A stretch of DNA of 64,000 bases, taken from Calditrichaceae bacterium (GTDB lineage: Bacteria; Calditrichota; Calditrichia; Calditrichales; JBFXGD01). The position numbers and the translations under genes were made by a program. Location of the stretch: NCBI GenBank assembly GCA_050173015.1, contig JBFXLE010000002.1, positions 1 to 64,000 on the forward strand, given 5' to 3'. The notes beneath the pieces are model-generated. The model was given only the letters and a program-made list of their open reading frames with translations. It was not told the DNA's origin and searched no databases. This document shows, piece after piece, positions 9,170-19,462 of the stretch. How positions within the stretch are numbered: position 1 is the stretch's first letter; each line of letters starts with the position of its first letter.

Positions 9170-10234
9170 ATGTCATCCGTGACCCGTCGATTGTCTTTTC
9201 TGGACCGTTTTTTAACACTCTGGATTTTTCTGGCCATGTTTATTGGTGTTTTTTCGGGTTATTTGTTCCCGGGAATAGTGGATTTCTGGAGTATGTTTCA
9301 GGTCGGGACAACCAATATTCCGATTGCCATTGGATTAATTCTAATGATGTATCCGCCATTGGCCAAGGTTAAATACGAAGAACTCGGCGATGTATTCAAA
9401 AACATCAAAATTCTTGGTCTTTCGTTAATACAGAATTGGATCATCGGACCGGTGCTTATGTTTGCCTTGGCGGTTCTTTTCTTAAGCGATCAGCCTCATT
9501 ATATGGCCGGGTTGATCATGATAGGCCTGGCAAGGTGTATCGCGATGGTTATCGTCTGGAATGAGCTGGCCAAGGGGGATTCTGAATACGCCGCCGGTTT
9601 GGTCGCGCTGAACTCGGTATTCCAGGTGCTGTTTTTTTCCGTTTACGCGTATATATTTTTAACGGTGCTGCCGGATTGGCTTGGGCTGCAAACATTTTCT
9701 GTCAATGTAACCATTGGTCAGATCGCCGAAAGCGTTTTTATATATCTGGGCATCCCGTTTATTGCCGGAATTATCACCCGTTTCACAATGCTGAGAATTA
9801 AGGGAAAAGACTGGTACGAACAAAAGTTTATTCCGAAAATCAGTCCAATCACTCTGATCGCGTTATTATTTACCATTATTGTCATGTTTTCCCTCAAGGG
9901 GGAATTTATTGTCAAAATTCCTTTTGATGTCATACGAATTGCGATACCGCTTGTGTTTTATTTTGTGATCATGTTTCTGGTCTCCTTTTATCTCGGGAAA
10001 AAAGCGGGCGCGGATTATTCCAAAACTGCCACGCTCTCATTTACGGCGGCAAGCAATAATTTTGAGCTGGCGATCGCGGTCGCCGTTGCCGTATTCGGCA
10101 TCAATTCCGGTGAAGCCTTCGCCGCGGTAATCGGACCTTTGGTCGAGGTACCCGTGCTAATAGGTCTGGTCAATGTAGCGTTGTGGTTTCAAAAAAGATA
10201 CTTTGGTTCAGAATTAGACACGGAAAAAGTATAG
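9170..10234 (+). CDS. acr3: ACR3-family arsenite efflux transporter
   Basis: [49 protein letters not shown]. Start set at the ATG after GGAG. Confidence 0.95.
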   Translation: MSSVTRRLSFLDRFLTLWIFLAMFIGVFSGYLFPGIVDFWSMFQVGTTNIPIAIGLILMMYPPLAKVKYEELGDVFKNIKILGLSLIQNWIIGPVLMFALAVLFLSDQPHYMAGLIMIGLARCIAMVIVWNELAKGDSEYAAGLVALNSVFQVLFFSVYAYIFLTVLPDWLGLQTFSVNVTIGQIAESVFIYLGIPFIAGIITRFTMLRIKGKDWYEQKFIPKISPITLIALLFTIIVMFSLKGEFIVKIPFDVIRIAIPLVFYFVIMFLVSFYLGKKAGADYSKTATLSFTAASNNFELAIAVAVAVFGINSGEAFAAVIGPLVEVPVLIGLVNVALWFQKRYFGSELDTEKV

Positions 10235-10323
10235 AAGGTCCTGTTTTATAGTTCAAAATTATCATCCGACATTTTTTAATTATCTGGCTATCAGAGCCGG
10301 TATTACAATAAGGAGTTAAAAAT

Positions 10324-10953
10324 ATGTTTCAATTACCTGAATGGACATTTGAATTTCACGGACATCGCTGTCCTTTTATGCCAATCGGTTACAGAATGGG
10401 AGCATTAGCAATGGAGAAACTTGGCGTAGAGAAAAGTTTAGATCACCAGATGCATGTTTTTTCTGAAATGGGCACCGGCCATCCGCAGGGCTGTATGCAG
10501 GATGGAATTATGTCTGCCACCGGCGCGACTTTTGGCAAAGGTATGATCGATAAATTGAATTACGGCAAAGTAGCAGCCATCTTCTGGTATCCGGGAAAAA
10601 AGGATGCTATAAGAATATTTCTGAAAAATGAGTTTCAGGATAAACTCGCGCCGCACGATTTTTTTAAATACCGCAAACAAGGGATTGAACCATCCGAAAT
10701 TCCGGAAGAAATCAGAAAAGATATTATAGATATAGTCCTTAACGCAACAGAAGATGAACTGTTTAAGGTGACTATTCTCCGGGACTTTAAATACACACCG
10801 GTTAAAGGCACCTTCAACAAAGCCAAATGTGAAGGATGCGGGGAGTATGTTTTTGAAAGGTACCTTCGTGTGAAGGACGCGAAGAAAGTATGTATTTCCT
10901 GTTCGGAAAGAGAAACGGAAGAAACCGTAATTCATCTGCCAAAAATTTCATAA
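10324..10953 (+). CDS. FmdE-family protein with C-terminal C4 zinc finger
   Basis: FHGHRCP, GCMQDGI...GATFGKG, CEGCGE...CISC. Confidence 0.88.
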   Translation: MFQLPEWTFEFHGHRCPFMPIGYRMGALAMEKLGVEKSLDHQMHVFSEMGTGHPQGCMQDGIMSATGATFGKGMIDKLNYGKVAAIFWYPGKKDAIRIFLKNEFQDKLAPHDFFKYRKQGIEPSEIPEEIRKDIIDIVLNATEDELFKVTILRDFKYTPVKGTFNKAKCEGCGEYVFERYLRVKDAKKVCISCSERETEETVIHLPKIS

Positions 10954-10961
10954 AGGAAAAA

Positions 10962-11711
10962 ATGTTATACGCTATCATAGCACTCATCATTTTTGCCGCA
11001 TCATTTCTGTTTGCCATGCTTGGATTGGGCGGTGGGATGATATATGTTCCCGTACTCAAATGGGCAGGTTTTTCAGTAAAAGAAGTTGCCATCCCGTTGG
11101 GCTTATTATTAAACGGATTAAATACACTGCTTGCTCTAATTCCGTTCGCGCGAAAAAAGCTGGTTGACTGGAAAGGCGGTTCGGCGATGGCTCTGGCCGC
11201 TTTGATATTTGCGCCAATTGGCGCTTACAGCGCACAGTTTGTACCTGTAAACACTCTGCTTATCCTATTCGCCATTGCCGTACTTGCCGCCGCGGTGCGG
11301 ATGGTATTCTTTGCCAGAAATCCCGAGCCGGAAAAAATGATGGATATCAAAAAACGCTCCGTAATCGGCACAGTCGTTGGTGCTATCGCCGGCTTTTCAG
11401 GGGGATTACTCGGTATTGGCGGCGGTTTCATTATAGCGCCCATTTTGATGTGGATGGGGTATAAAACTAAGCAAGCCGCAGCCACAACGGCATTTGTCGT
11501 TACATTTTCTTCTTTATCCGGATATCTCGGTCATATGGCTGAAGGTCATTTCAATTGGACATTAACGACTATCGTTGTTATCGCGGTCGTGGTCGGTTCG
11601 CAACTCGGTGGTAGTTTTATGAGTTCAAAGGCTAAACCAAAGTGGGTAAAAAGTATCTATGCTGCTGTGCTCTTTGTGATCGCCATTAAACTTTTTATCG
11701 GGGCTGTTTAA
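10962..11711 (+). CDS. TauE/SafE (DUF81) sulfite-exporter-family protein
   Basis: Repeated GLGGG/GIGGG motifs, multi-TM. Start set at the ATG after AAGGA. Confidence 0.9.
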   Translation: MLYAIIALIIFAASFLFAMLGLGGGMIYVPVLKWAGFSVKEVAIPLGLLLNGLNTLLALIPFARKKLVDWKGGSAMALAALIFAPIGAYSAQFVPVNTLLILFAIAVLAAAVRMVFFARNPEPEKMMDIKKRSVIGTVVGAIAGFSGGLLGIGGGFIIAPILMWMGYKTKQAAATTAFVVTFSSLSGYLGHMAEGHFNWTLTTIVVIAVVVGSQLGGSFMSSKAKPKWVKSIYAAVLFVIAIKLFIGAV

Positions 11712-11712
11712 A

Positions 11713-12708
11713 GTGAAAAATATATCTGCAACAGTACTTATTATCTTTTTCATAGCAGCCATTTTAGCGCGACCAAATTTGGCACAGTCCAATACCGAAT
11801 GGAATGGTTATTTGCAAAGCAGGATAAGCGCTGATCCTGATAACTATAATGATATTATGGTGCGTAGGGCCAAACTTTGGTTAAAAGGAAACCTGCAGCA
11901 GATTGAACATCTTTCATATAAGATACAGGTTGTGTACCGGTCTTTCAAAGATACCCAATTTATGGTGCAGGATGTTTATGCTAAATACGAAACAAAAAGT
12001 CATCTAATTCAAATAGGCAGAATGGTCCCGGATTTTACTTTACAAAGAAACCAGCCGGATACGCAAATACCCGTTCTTGAACGTGCCGGGGTTATAGACG
12101 GTTTGATCCACGGTGACCAATCGATCGCCCGAATGATTGGCATTCAGTATAAGTTGAATACCGGCAACGTTTTTCACCTGGGATTAGGGATTTTTAACGC
12201 GAATCCGAATGAGCCCGGCATGAATAAGGATAAATCATTTCTTTATACACTAAGAAACAGCTACACTTTTAGTATTGATAATGATTCAGAATTTCACCTG
12301 GGATTTTCGTTCGCCTACCGAAAACTAAATGACCTGAGTCTTCCCAAAATTTACAATTCAACTACAAAAGTATCCGGTGATGACTATCGCTGGGGATTTG
12401 AATCCGGTTTAAATATCAGAAATATTGAAATTCAGGGTGAATATCTTACGGCCAATATTAATAGGGACAGGGTATGGGGCTATTATGGCTTGGTCTCCCT
12501 AACGATTTCTGAGAAATATCAACCAACAATGCATATTGAAAAATATGCCGATTTAAATTTAGCCACTGATGATAGTGAATGGTACAGGATTGGGCTAAAC
12601 TATTTTATTACAAAAAAAACAAAAATAATGAGTGATTTTGGCACCCAGCTTTCATCTGAAAAAAATAATTATTTATTAAGGTTACAACTACAGGTTTTTT
12701 ACAATTAA
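11713..12708 (+). CDS. Outer-membrane porin (OprO/OprP-like)
   Basis: Signal peptide, GYLQSR...VRRAKL..KG, QGEY, beta-signal-like C-terminus LQLQVFYN. Confidence 0.75.
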   Translation: MKNISATVLIIFFIAAILARPNLAQSNTEWNGYLQSRISADPDNYNDIMVRRAKLWLKGNLQQIEHLSYKIQVVYRSFKDTQFMVQDVYAKYETKSHLIQIGRMVPDFTLQRNQPDTQIPVLERAGVIDGLIHGDQSIARMIGIQYKLNTGNVFHLGLGIFNANPNEPGMNKDKSFLYTLRNSYTFSIDNDSEFHLGFSFAYRKLNDLSLPKIYNSTTKVSGDDYRWGFESGLNIRNIEIQGEYLTANINRDRVWGYYGLVSLTISEKYQPTMHIEKYADLNLATDDSEWYRIGLNYFITKKTKIMSDFGTQLSSEKNNYLLRLQLQVFYN

Positions 12709-12726
12709 AATAAAGGAAAAAAGCAA

Positions 12727-13329
12727 ATGATTAATCCACAGGAATGGCTTGAATTCGGACAAAAATTTCACGGACATAAATGTCCCGCGATGCCGATGGG
12801 ATTGAGGGTAGGCGCCGCGGCCATGAACAAATTAGGGGTTGAACGCGCTAAAGACGGACAAATCGTCGCGTTCGTCGATCTTGGTGATGATCACTGTGCC
12901 ACCTGCTTCGGAGATGGACTGCAGGTAATAATGGGAACGACCTTTGGTAAAGGGAATATCAAGAAAACACACAAAGGGAAATGGGCGGTTACGCTTGTTG
13001 ACAGAGCAACCGGCAAAGCAGTTCGGGCAACACCCAAAGCGGAAGCCATGCTGGCTAATAAGCAAACCGATTTTTTCAAAGAATACAGAGAAAAGGGTAT
13101 TCCTGCCAGCCATGTTCCCGATGCGGTTGTTGAACCGCTGGTCCAAAAAGTGATGGGAGCCCCGGATGAGATGCTGCTGAATATATCCGATGTATTTGTA
13201 TATAACCTTGAACCGAAGAAAGACAGTTTTGCCGGATTTGTTTGCGAAGAATGTGGGGAAATGACTGTCATGGAATACGGCCGTATTAAAGGTGAACAGA
13301 AAGTTTGCCAGGATTGTGCGGCAAAATAA
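12727..13329 (+). CDS. FmdE-family protein with C-terminal C4 zinc finger (second paralog)
   Basis: FHGHKCP, HCATCFGDGLQ...GTTFGKGN, CEECGE...CQDC. Confidence 0.88.
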   Translation: MINPQEWLEFGQKFHGHKCPAMPMGLRVGAAAMNKLGVERAKDGQIVAFVDLGDDHCATCFGDGLQVIMGTTFGKGNIKKTHKGKWAVTLVDRATGKAVRATPKAEAMLANKQTDFFKEYREKGIPASHVPDAVVEPLVQKVMGAPDEMLLNISDVFVYNLEPKKDSFAGFVCEECGEMTVMEYGRIKGEQKVCQDCAAK

Positions 13330-13388
13330 ATTTTCATTCGCTCTGCGAAGTTTTATAAAGCCGAGTAATTTAAACCCGGGAATTAAAC

Positions 13389-14297
13389 ATGGCAAATCAT
13401 CATAATCATTCAGCCGAGATAACTTCAGAAAAGAATTTATTTCTGACAATGGCGCTGAATTTTATTATCACCATCGCGGAAGTTATCGGCGGACTCATTT
13501 CCGGCAGTCTGTCCTTAATTTCCGACGCCCTGCATAATTTCAGCGATGGTTTGGCGATCATTATTTCATACATTGCCCTGCGTCTGAGTAAGAAACCCAA
13601 TACATCAAGATATACATTTGGCCTGAAACGCGCGGAGATTATTGCCGCCATCATCAATGCCAGTACGCTTATTATTATCAGTTTCTTTTTAATAAAAGAA
13701 GCCATCGAACGGTTTTATCATCCATCCCCGATAACCGGCGGAATCATGCTAATCGTCGCTATTATCGGACTTGCCGCAAATGTGATCGGAACATTGCTTT
13801 TAAAGAAAGGTTCCGAATCAAATCTTAATATCCGGGCTGCCTATTTTCATTTATTGAGTGACGCAATTTCCAGCCTTGCGGTTATCATCGGAGCTGTATT
13901 TATTATTTTTTATAAAATTTACTGGGTTGATCCGCTGTTAACGATTCTCATCTCTGTTTACATATTGACGGAAACCTATTCAATAGTAAAAGAAGCGGTC
14001 GATATTGTAATGATGTCTTCCCCGCATGGAATTGAAATAAACGATGTTAAAACTTTGGTGGAGTCCACAGACGGGGTAAAAAATATTCACCATGTTCACA
14101 TATGGAAAATGAACGATAATGACACCCATTTTGAAGCGCATATTGAAGTTGTAGATATGATGGTGAGTGAATCTTCGAAGATTCAAAACCTTATTGAAAA
14201 AAAATTACACGAAAAATATGATATCAACCACACGACTTTACAATTCGAATGCGACAGGTGTGATTATAAAAATATAATAGCGCAAGGAATCGTATAA
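13389..14297 (+). CDS. Cation diffusion facilitator (CzcD/ZitB-like)
   Basis: SDALHNFSD, FHLLSD, HHVHIW, HTTLQFE. Confidence 0.93.
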   Translation: MANHHNHSAEITSEKNLFLTMALNFIITIAEVIGGLISGSLSLISDALHNFSDGLAIIISYIALRLSKKPNTSRYTFGLKRAEIIAAIINASTLIIISFFLIKEAIERFYHPSPITGGIMLIVAIIGLAANVIGTLLLKKGSESNLNIRAAYFHLLSDAISSLAVIIGAVFIIFYKIYWVDPLLTILISVYILTETYSIVKEAVDIVMMSSPHGIEINDVKTLVESTDGVKNIHHVHIWKMNDNDTHFEAHIEVVDMMVSESSKIQNLIEKKLHEKYDINHTTLQFECDRCDYKNIIAQGIV

Positions 14298-14463
14298 ATC
14301 AAAAAGAAAAGACACCCATGGAATTACTTAAACATTTCGCGCCGGAGTTTGCTGAAAACCATATACTGAAAAAGGCGCTGAATGTAGCCCGTTATATGAA
14401 ACAGGATATGGTTAACGACACCACGGATAATTCGTTAAAGATATAACTGGAGGAAAAATAAAT

Positions 14464-14703
14464 ATGGTTACTGTAAAAGTTCTCGGCGCGGGATGCACAA
14501 AATGCAAAGCGCTTGAGCAACGCTTAAATGATATAAAAACCAGGCACAATTTGGAAATCGAAATTGTAAAGATAACACAGCTTGATGAAATCATGAACTA
14601 TGGCGTCATGATGACCCCCGGCCTCGTTATCAATGAAAAACTCAGAAGCAGCGGGAAAGTGCCTGATGAAAATCAACTTCTAAAATGGATTGAGGAAGCT
14701 TAA
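14464..14703 (+). CDS. Small thioredoxin-like redox protein (MTH895/ArsE-like), second paralog
   Basis: VKVLGAGCTKC, GVMMTPGLVIN, SSGKVP. RBS GGAGG. Confidence 0.88.
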   Translation: MVTVKVLGAGCTKCKALEQRLNDIKTRHNLEIEIVKITQLDEIMNYGVMMTPGLVINEKLRSSGKVPDENQLLKWIEEA

Positions 14704-15162
14704 ATGAAAAAATTGATGTTTATTATTCTGATCAGTGGTCACTTATTTTTATCGGTTTCATGCGAAAAAGAGAACAACGGTGCAGAAAAATTGGAAACAG
14801 CTACTGATGAGACAGCCGAAGTAGAAGAAATTTCGCAGACCATAACAGCAGAAAAGTCAGAAGAAGCTCTTATTACATTTGTCGAGCTCGGGTCGGTAAA
14901 CTGTGTGCCGTGCAAAAAAATGCAGCCGGTGATGAAGGCTGTGGAAGATAAATACGGCAGTCAGATTAAAGTGATATTTTACGATGTATGGCAAAAAGAT
15001 CAAAATAAGTATGCGGAACAATATGGGATCCGGCTGATTCCCACTCAGGTGTTTTTAGACGCGGACGGTAATGAAATATCACGTCATGAAGGATTTTTTC
15101 CGGAGGCGGAAATCGATCAGCTATTACAAAAACAGGGTCTGAAACCACTTAATGTAAACTGA
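14704..15162 (+). CDS. Thioredoxin-family lipoprotein
   Basis: Lipobox-like LSVSC, CVPC active site, IPTQVF, RHEG. Confidence 0.88.
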   Translation: MKKLMFIILISGHLFLSVSCEKENNGAEKLETATDETAEVEEISQTITAEKSEEALITFVELGSVNCVPCKKMQPVMKAVEDKYGSQIKVIFYDVWQKDQNKYAEQYGIRLIPTQVFLDADGNEISRHEGFFPEAEIDQLLQKQGLKPLNVN

Positions 15163-15169
15163 GATTATT

Positions 15170-15874
15170 ATGATTGAAATGATATTTTCCTATCTAACAA
15201 CAGCGCTCGACGGCAGTTTCACACTTGCATTATTTGCAGCGGCCGGGTGGGGTGTGCTCAGCATTATGCTCAGTCCCTGTCACCTTTCCGGTATTCCCCT
15301 GGTTATTGGTTATATCAGCAGCAGGGGACAGATTAAAGTGAAACATTCCTTCTATCTGGCTTTTATGTTCTCCATAGGTATATTGATCACTATCGCGTTA
15401 ATCGGTTTAATCACCGTTTTAATGGGTCGTCTGATGGGTGATGTCGGTGTGTGGGGTAATTATTTTGTGGCTGTCATTTTTATCCTTATGGGATTATATC
15501 TCATGGATATTATTCACTGGGATTGGAATAGAGGGCAGGCGGGTCGATCACAGAGGGGTGGTTTATGGGGAGCTTTTCTTCTTGGATTGGTGTTCGGAAT
15601 TGGGCTGGGACCCTGCACGTTCGCTTTTTTAGCGCCGCTCCTCGGTGTGGTTTTTCGTGCTGCTTCGAACGACTGGCTCAAATCAGTCATGCTGATCGGT
15701 GGATTCGGATTTGGTCATTGCGCGGTTATTATTGCCGCGGGAAGTCTGACCAATCTTGTACAACGTTATCTAAACTGGTCAGATAGCTCAAAAACAATAC
15801 TCTATATCAAAAGAGCAGCCGGATTTCTGGTCACTGTAGGCGGACTATATTTTGTTTATATCAGTTTCGCGTAA
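15170..15874 (+). CDS. CcdA/DsbD-beta transmembrane electron transporter
   Basis: LSPCHL and GPCT conserved Pro-Cys motifs, multi-TM. Confidence 0.88.
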   Translation: MIEMIFSYLTTALDGSFTLALFAAAGWGVLSIMLSPCHLSGIPLVIGYISSRGQIKVKHSFYLAFMFSIGILITIALIGLITVLMGRLMGDVGVWGNYFVAVIFILMGLYLMDIIHWDWNRGQAGRSQRGGLWGAFLLGLVFGIGLGPCTFAFLAPLLGVVFRAASNDWLKSVMLIGGFGFGHCAVIIAAGSLTNLVQRYLNWSDSSKTILYIKRAAGFLVTVGGLYFVYISFA

Positions 15875-16018
15875 CCGGCAATCCTTCTTGGTAAACGATA
15901 ACTCTATCAGAGAATCGTATCACGACATTTTTAATATCAGATGAGTCAAATTATTGTCCGGAATCATCTCTTGGTTCGACTTATTAAAAAATAGCATTAC
16001 ATAAGCAATTTGTATATC

Positions 16019-16037
16019 TGTTACAATTTGTTACAAT
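16019..16037. promoter_or_regulatory. Tandem direct repeat, putative OmpR-family binding site
   Basis: TGTTACAAT at 16019-16027 and 16029-16037 (10-bp period), upstream of an OmpR-type regulator. Confidence 0.55.
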
Positions 16038-16179
16038 ATTGAAATAATATATACGTAATTTCACGCTATACTATCTTCATCTTAAGGGATGATGAGAAAT
16101 TAAATCCGCAGATACCAGGAAATATGTGCATTTAAACTCCGTTGGATTTGTAAAGTTAATATAAACGGATCAGAAAATC

Positions 16180-16875
16180 ATGAAGCGTAAAATTTTAGTA
16201 ATTGATGATGATCAGAAATTGAATGATTTATTAAGCGTATATTTGTCTAAATTCGGATATGATGTAAAAACGGAGGCTCATCCGTTTGATGGGTTAAGAG
16301 CGATAAAACGTGAACAACCCGATCTGATCATACTCGACTTGATGCTTCCGGATATGGAAGGCTTTGAAGTTTGCAAAATGATTCGTAAAGAATATACCAT
16401 TCCTGTAATAATGCTTACGGCCCGGGGTGATGTTACCGACAGGATAGTGGGGCTTGAACTTGGCGCGGATGATTATGTGCCAAAACCATTTGAACCGCGT
16501 GAACTTGTGGCAAGAATTCAAACCGTGTTGCGAAGAAGCGAAGGCCATATAAATGTTGCCACGAAAACAACGGGCTCGCTAAAAATTGATTTTAACAAGC
16601 ATCTGGTTGAACTATCCGGCAAGCCGTTGGATCTGACTACTGCCGAATATCAAATTTTAATCCTTTTTGTCCAAAATTCAGGAAAAGTGCTTGACCGAGA
16701 TCAGATCCTCGAAAATATGCGGGGATTGGAATGGGAATCATATAACAGATCTGTTGATGTCCTGATAAGCCGTCTTCGCCAGAAGCTTCAGGATGATCCC
16801 AAAAACCCTGAATATATTAAAACTGTTTGGGGCGCCGGTTATATGTTTATTGGAGATGACTCGGATGAAAATTAA
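16180..16875 (+). CDS. OmpR-family response regulator
   Basis: REC (ILDLMLP, GADDYVPKPF) plus winged helix (RSVDVLISRLRQK, TVWGAGY). Confidence 0.95.
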   Translation: MKRKILVIDDDQKLNDLLSVYLSKFGYDVKTEAHPFDGLRAIKREQPDLIILDLMLPDMEGFEVCKMIRKEYTIPVIMLTARGDVTDRIVGLELGADDYVPKPFEPRELVARIQTVLRRSEGHINVATKTTGSLKIDFNKHLVELSGKPLDLTTAEYQILILFVQNSGKVLDRDQILENMRGLEWESYNRSVDVLISRLRQKLQDDPKNPEYIKTVWGAGYMFIGDDSDEN

Positions 16876-18175
16876 TCTGATTCAAAAAGTTCGCGGTTCG
16901 CTTTTCCTGAAACTGCTTGTCATTTTTCTGGCGGCTCATCTGATCATTACATTTGTCTCCATCACCACTCATGAACAACTTTTTCGGCAAACAAGGTTCC
17001 ATAAAATTAAACAAAATTCAATTAATTATGCCAGATTTCTTATCAGAGAAACGGGAAGTCCTCCGGACACCTTATTCGCGGAAAGGATTACAAAAAAATA
17101 TGGCATCAATATGATGATAGAGACACCTGAGTATAAATGGACAAGTCTGGATGAACTATTAACTTTTGATACCACAAAAATCCTTCCGTTTGATGGCAAT
17201 GAAAATGTCAGGGCAAGCTTTCAAAAGGGTATCCATATCTATATAAAGGAAAGCAACGCGTCTTATTTAGTGTTGATGGAATCCCGTGAAGAAGGTATTA
17301 GCTATGCCGCTGAATTGCATTTGACAATCATGATTATCACCATCACTTTAATAATAATTGGAATTTTTTTACTTATTAGATTATTATTAAAGCCGGTGCG
17401 GGATCTGAACGAGGGCGTGCGGAAACTCAGTGGAGGTGATCTGGACTTTGAAATCAGACGCCGGTCTAAAGATGAGATGGGCCGTTTGGTTGCTTCTTTT
17501 AATGAAATGGTCAGGCGAATAAAATATATGATTCACGCCAGAGAGCAATTGATGCTGGATGTGAGCCATGAATTAAGATCACCTTTGACAAGAGTGAAAG
17601 TTGCGCTGGAATTTCTTGAGGACGGCAACGTCAGAAAAAATATTAGTGATGATATATCTGAAATGGAGACGATGATCACTGAAATATTGGAAGGTGAGCG
17701 CCTTAACAGTCCATATGGCGGACTTTATACCCAGTCTCATGATATTTGTAAACTTATTAATGAAACCATATCCGAATTTAATGATAAAAAACCGGGAATT
17801 AAGGTTGCCGGCCTTAGCGGGAAAAGAGAGCTTAAACTGGATCCGGACCGGATAAAAATAGTATTCAGGAATATATTGTCGAATGCCTTTAAGTACTCTC
17901 CTGAGAACGGATACTCGGTGGAAGTCTCCCTGAAAGAAAAAGAAGACGAGGTTATAATTGAAATTCAGGATTTTGGACAGGGTATTCCTGTAAATGAAAT
18001 TCCATATATATTCGAGCCCTTTTACCGTGTGGATAAATCGAGATCAAAAAAAACCGGTGGTTATGGGCTTGGGTTGAGTTTAAGTAAAAAGATTGTTGAG
18101 GCACACAATGGACAAATTGAAATAAACAGCCAGGTTGGTGTCGGAACGACAGTATTTCTTAAGTTCAAGAAATGA
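16865..18175 (+). CDS. HAMP-domain sensor histidine kinase
   Basis: Two TM segments, HAMP, SHELRSPL, NAFKYS, D.G.GI, GYGLGL. Confidence 0.95.
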   Translation: MKINLIQKVRGSLFLKLLVIFLAAHLIITFVSITTHEQLFRQTRFHKIKQNSINYARFLIRETGSPPDTLFAERITKKYGINMMIETPEYKWTSLDELLTFDTTKILPFDGNENVRASFQKGIHIYIKESNASYLVLMESREEGISYAAELHLTIMIITITLIIIGIFLLIRLLLKPVRDLNEGVRKLSGGDLDFEIRRRSKDEMGRLVASFNEMVRRIKYMIHAREQLMLDVSHELRSPLTRVKVALEFLEDGNVRKNISDDISEMETMITEILEGERLNSPYGGLYTQSHDICKLINETISEFNDKKPGIKVAGLSGKRELKLDPDRIKIVFRNILSNAFKYSPENGYSVEVSLKEKEDEVIIEIQDFGQGIPVNEIPYIFEPFYRVDKSRSKKTGGYGLGLSLSKKIVEAHNGQIEINSQVGVGTTVFLKFKK

Positions 18176-18332
18176 TGCTTCTCAACTTTAATATTAATCA
18201 GAAATCACATTCTGATAAATAATCAATTCCGGTTTCAGTGTTCTAAACTCTCACGAACCGGAAATATTATTAAAATACATATTTGTGCATAATGAGAAAA
18301 AAAATATAGAAAATCTGACGGGAGGATTTAGG

Positions 18333-19433
18333 ATGACGAGAAAAATGACCATACTCATTACCGGTATCATCATTTTAGGCGGATTCTTTATTAGCAAAGT
18401 CTTGAGTGATCAGAAAAAAACCTTAGTCCGGGAAGAAGTTGTTAAAAAACAGCAAGTATTTAAAACAATACAGATCAATACGGAAGAACTGCAGACTGAG
18501 ATTATCTCAAGCGGGAGACTCAGCGCTTTGAATAAAGTGGAAATTTACGCGGAAGTATCAGGAATTCTTCAGAATACCCCAGAGAGATTTAAAGCGGGCA
18601 ATCATTTTTCAAAAAATGAATCTCTCGTTCTGATAGAAGATACTGTTTACAGGAACAATCTTCTCGCTCAAAAAAGCAGTCTTCTTAATCAGATCACCCT
18701 TATGCTGCCGGACTTAAGAATTGATTTCCCCGGAGAAGCTGAAAAATGGGAACTTTATCTGGCGGCATTTGACCTGAATAAACCCATCAATGCTCTGCCT
18801 GCGGTGAAAAGTGATCAGGAAAAATACTATATCGCATCCAGAAACATTTTTAACCAATATTTTACCGTAAAAAGCATGGAAGCAACTCTTTCAAAATACA
18901 ACATATCAGCGCCGTTTGATGGAGTGGTCATCGCTTCTGAAATAAATCCGGGAACGCTGGTGAGAGTCGGGCAGAAATTGGGTGAATTCATGAATACCGA
19001 TAATTATGAACTGGAAGTTTCCGTCGGTATAAACGAAGTGGACCATCTTAAAAAGGGGACGGACGTTTCAATAACTTCAGATGATCTCCCAGGTACATTT
19101 AAAGGAGTTGTGAGCAGAATCAATCAATCCATTGATCCTGAAACCCAAACCTTACAGGTCTTTATTCAAACAAATGAAAGTCGGCTAAAAGACGGGATGT
19201 TTCTCACAGCCCATATAAAAACAGGCGCCGTTCCGGGCGCGGCTCTTATCCAGAGGGATCTGATTGTTAATAAAAACCAGGTTTACGTGGTAATTGATTC
19301 TGTTCTTACACTTCAGACCGTCGATATTGTAAATGATGTAAATAATATGGTGCTCGTTCGCGGACTAGCCGATGGTACCCATATTCTTGCCGAGAAAAGC
19401 GGGAATTTATATGATGGAATGAAAATCAATTAG
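18333..19433 (+). CDS. RND efflux periplasmic adaptor (MFP)
   Basis: N-terminal anchor, EVSG, ISAPFDGVV, IDPETQT, LKDGMF. Confidence 0.9.
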   Translation: MTRKMTILITGIIILGGFFISKVLSDQKKTLVREEVVKKQQVFKTIQINTEELQTEIISSGRLSALNKVEIYAEVSGILQNTPERFKAGNHFSKNESLVLIEDTVYRNNLLAQKSSLLNQITLMLPDLRIDFPGEAEKWELYLAAFDLNKPINALPAVKSDQEKYYIASRNIFNQYFTVKSMEATLSKYNISAPFDGVVIASEINPGTLVRVGQKLGEFMNTDNYELEVSVGINEVDHLKKGTDVSITSDDLPGTFKGVVSRINQSIDPETQTLQVFIQTNESRLKDGMFLTAHIKTGAVPGAALIQRDLIVNKNQVYVVIDSVLTLQTVDIVNDVNNMVLVRGLADGTHILAEKSGNLYDGMKIN

Positions 19434-19462
19434 AATAATGAACTACGAAACAGGATTACAAA

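Noticed and set aside
14334-14353. Third ArsR operator starting ATTTCG
   Set aside because: The right arm CGAAAT is absent.
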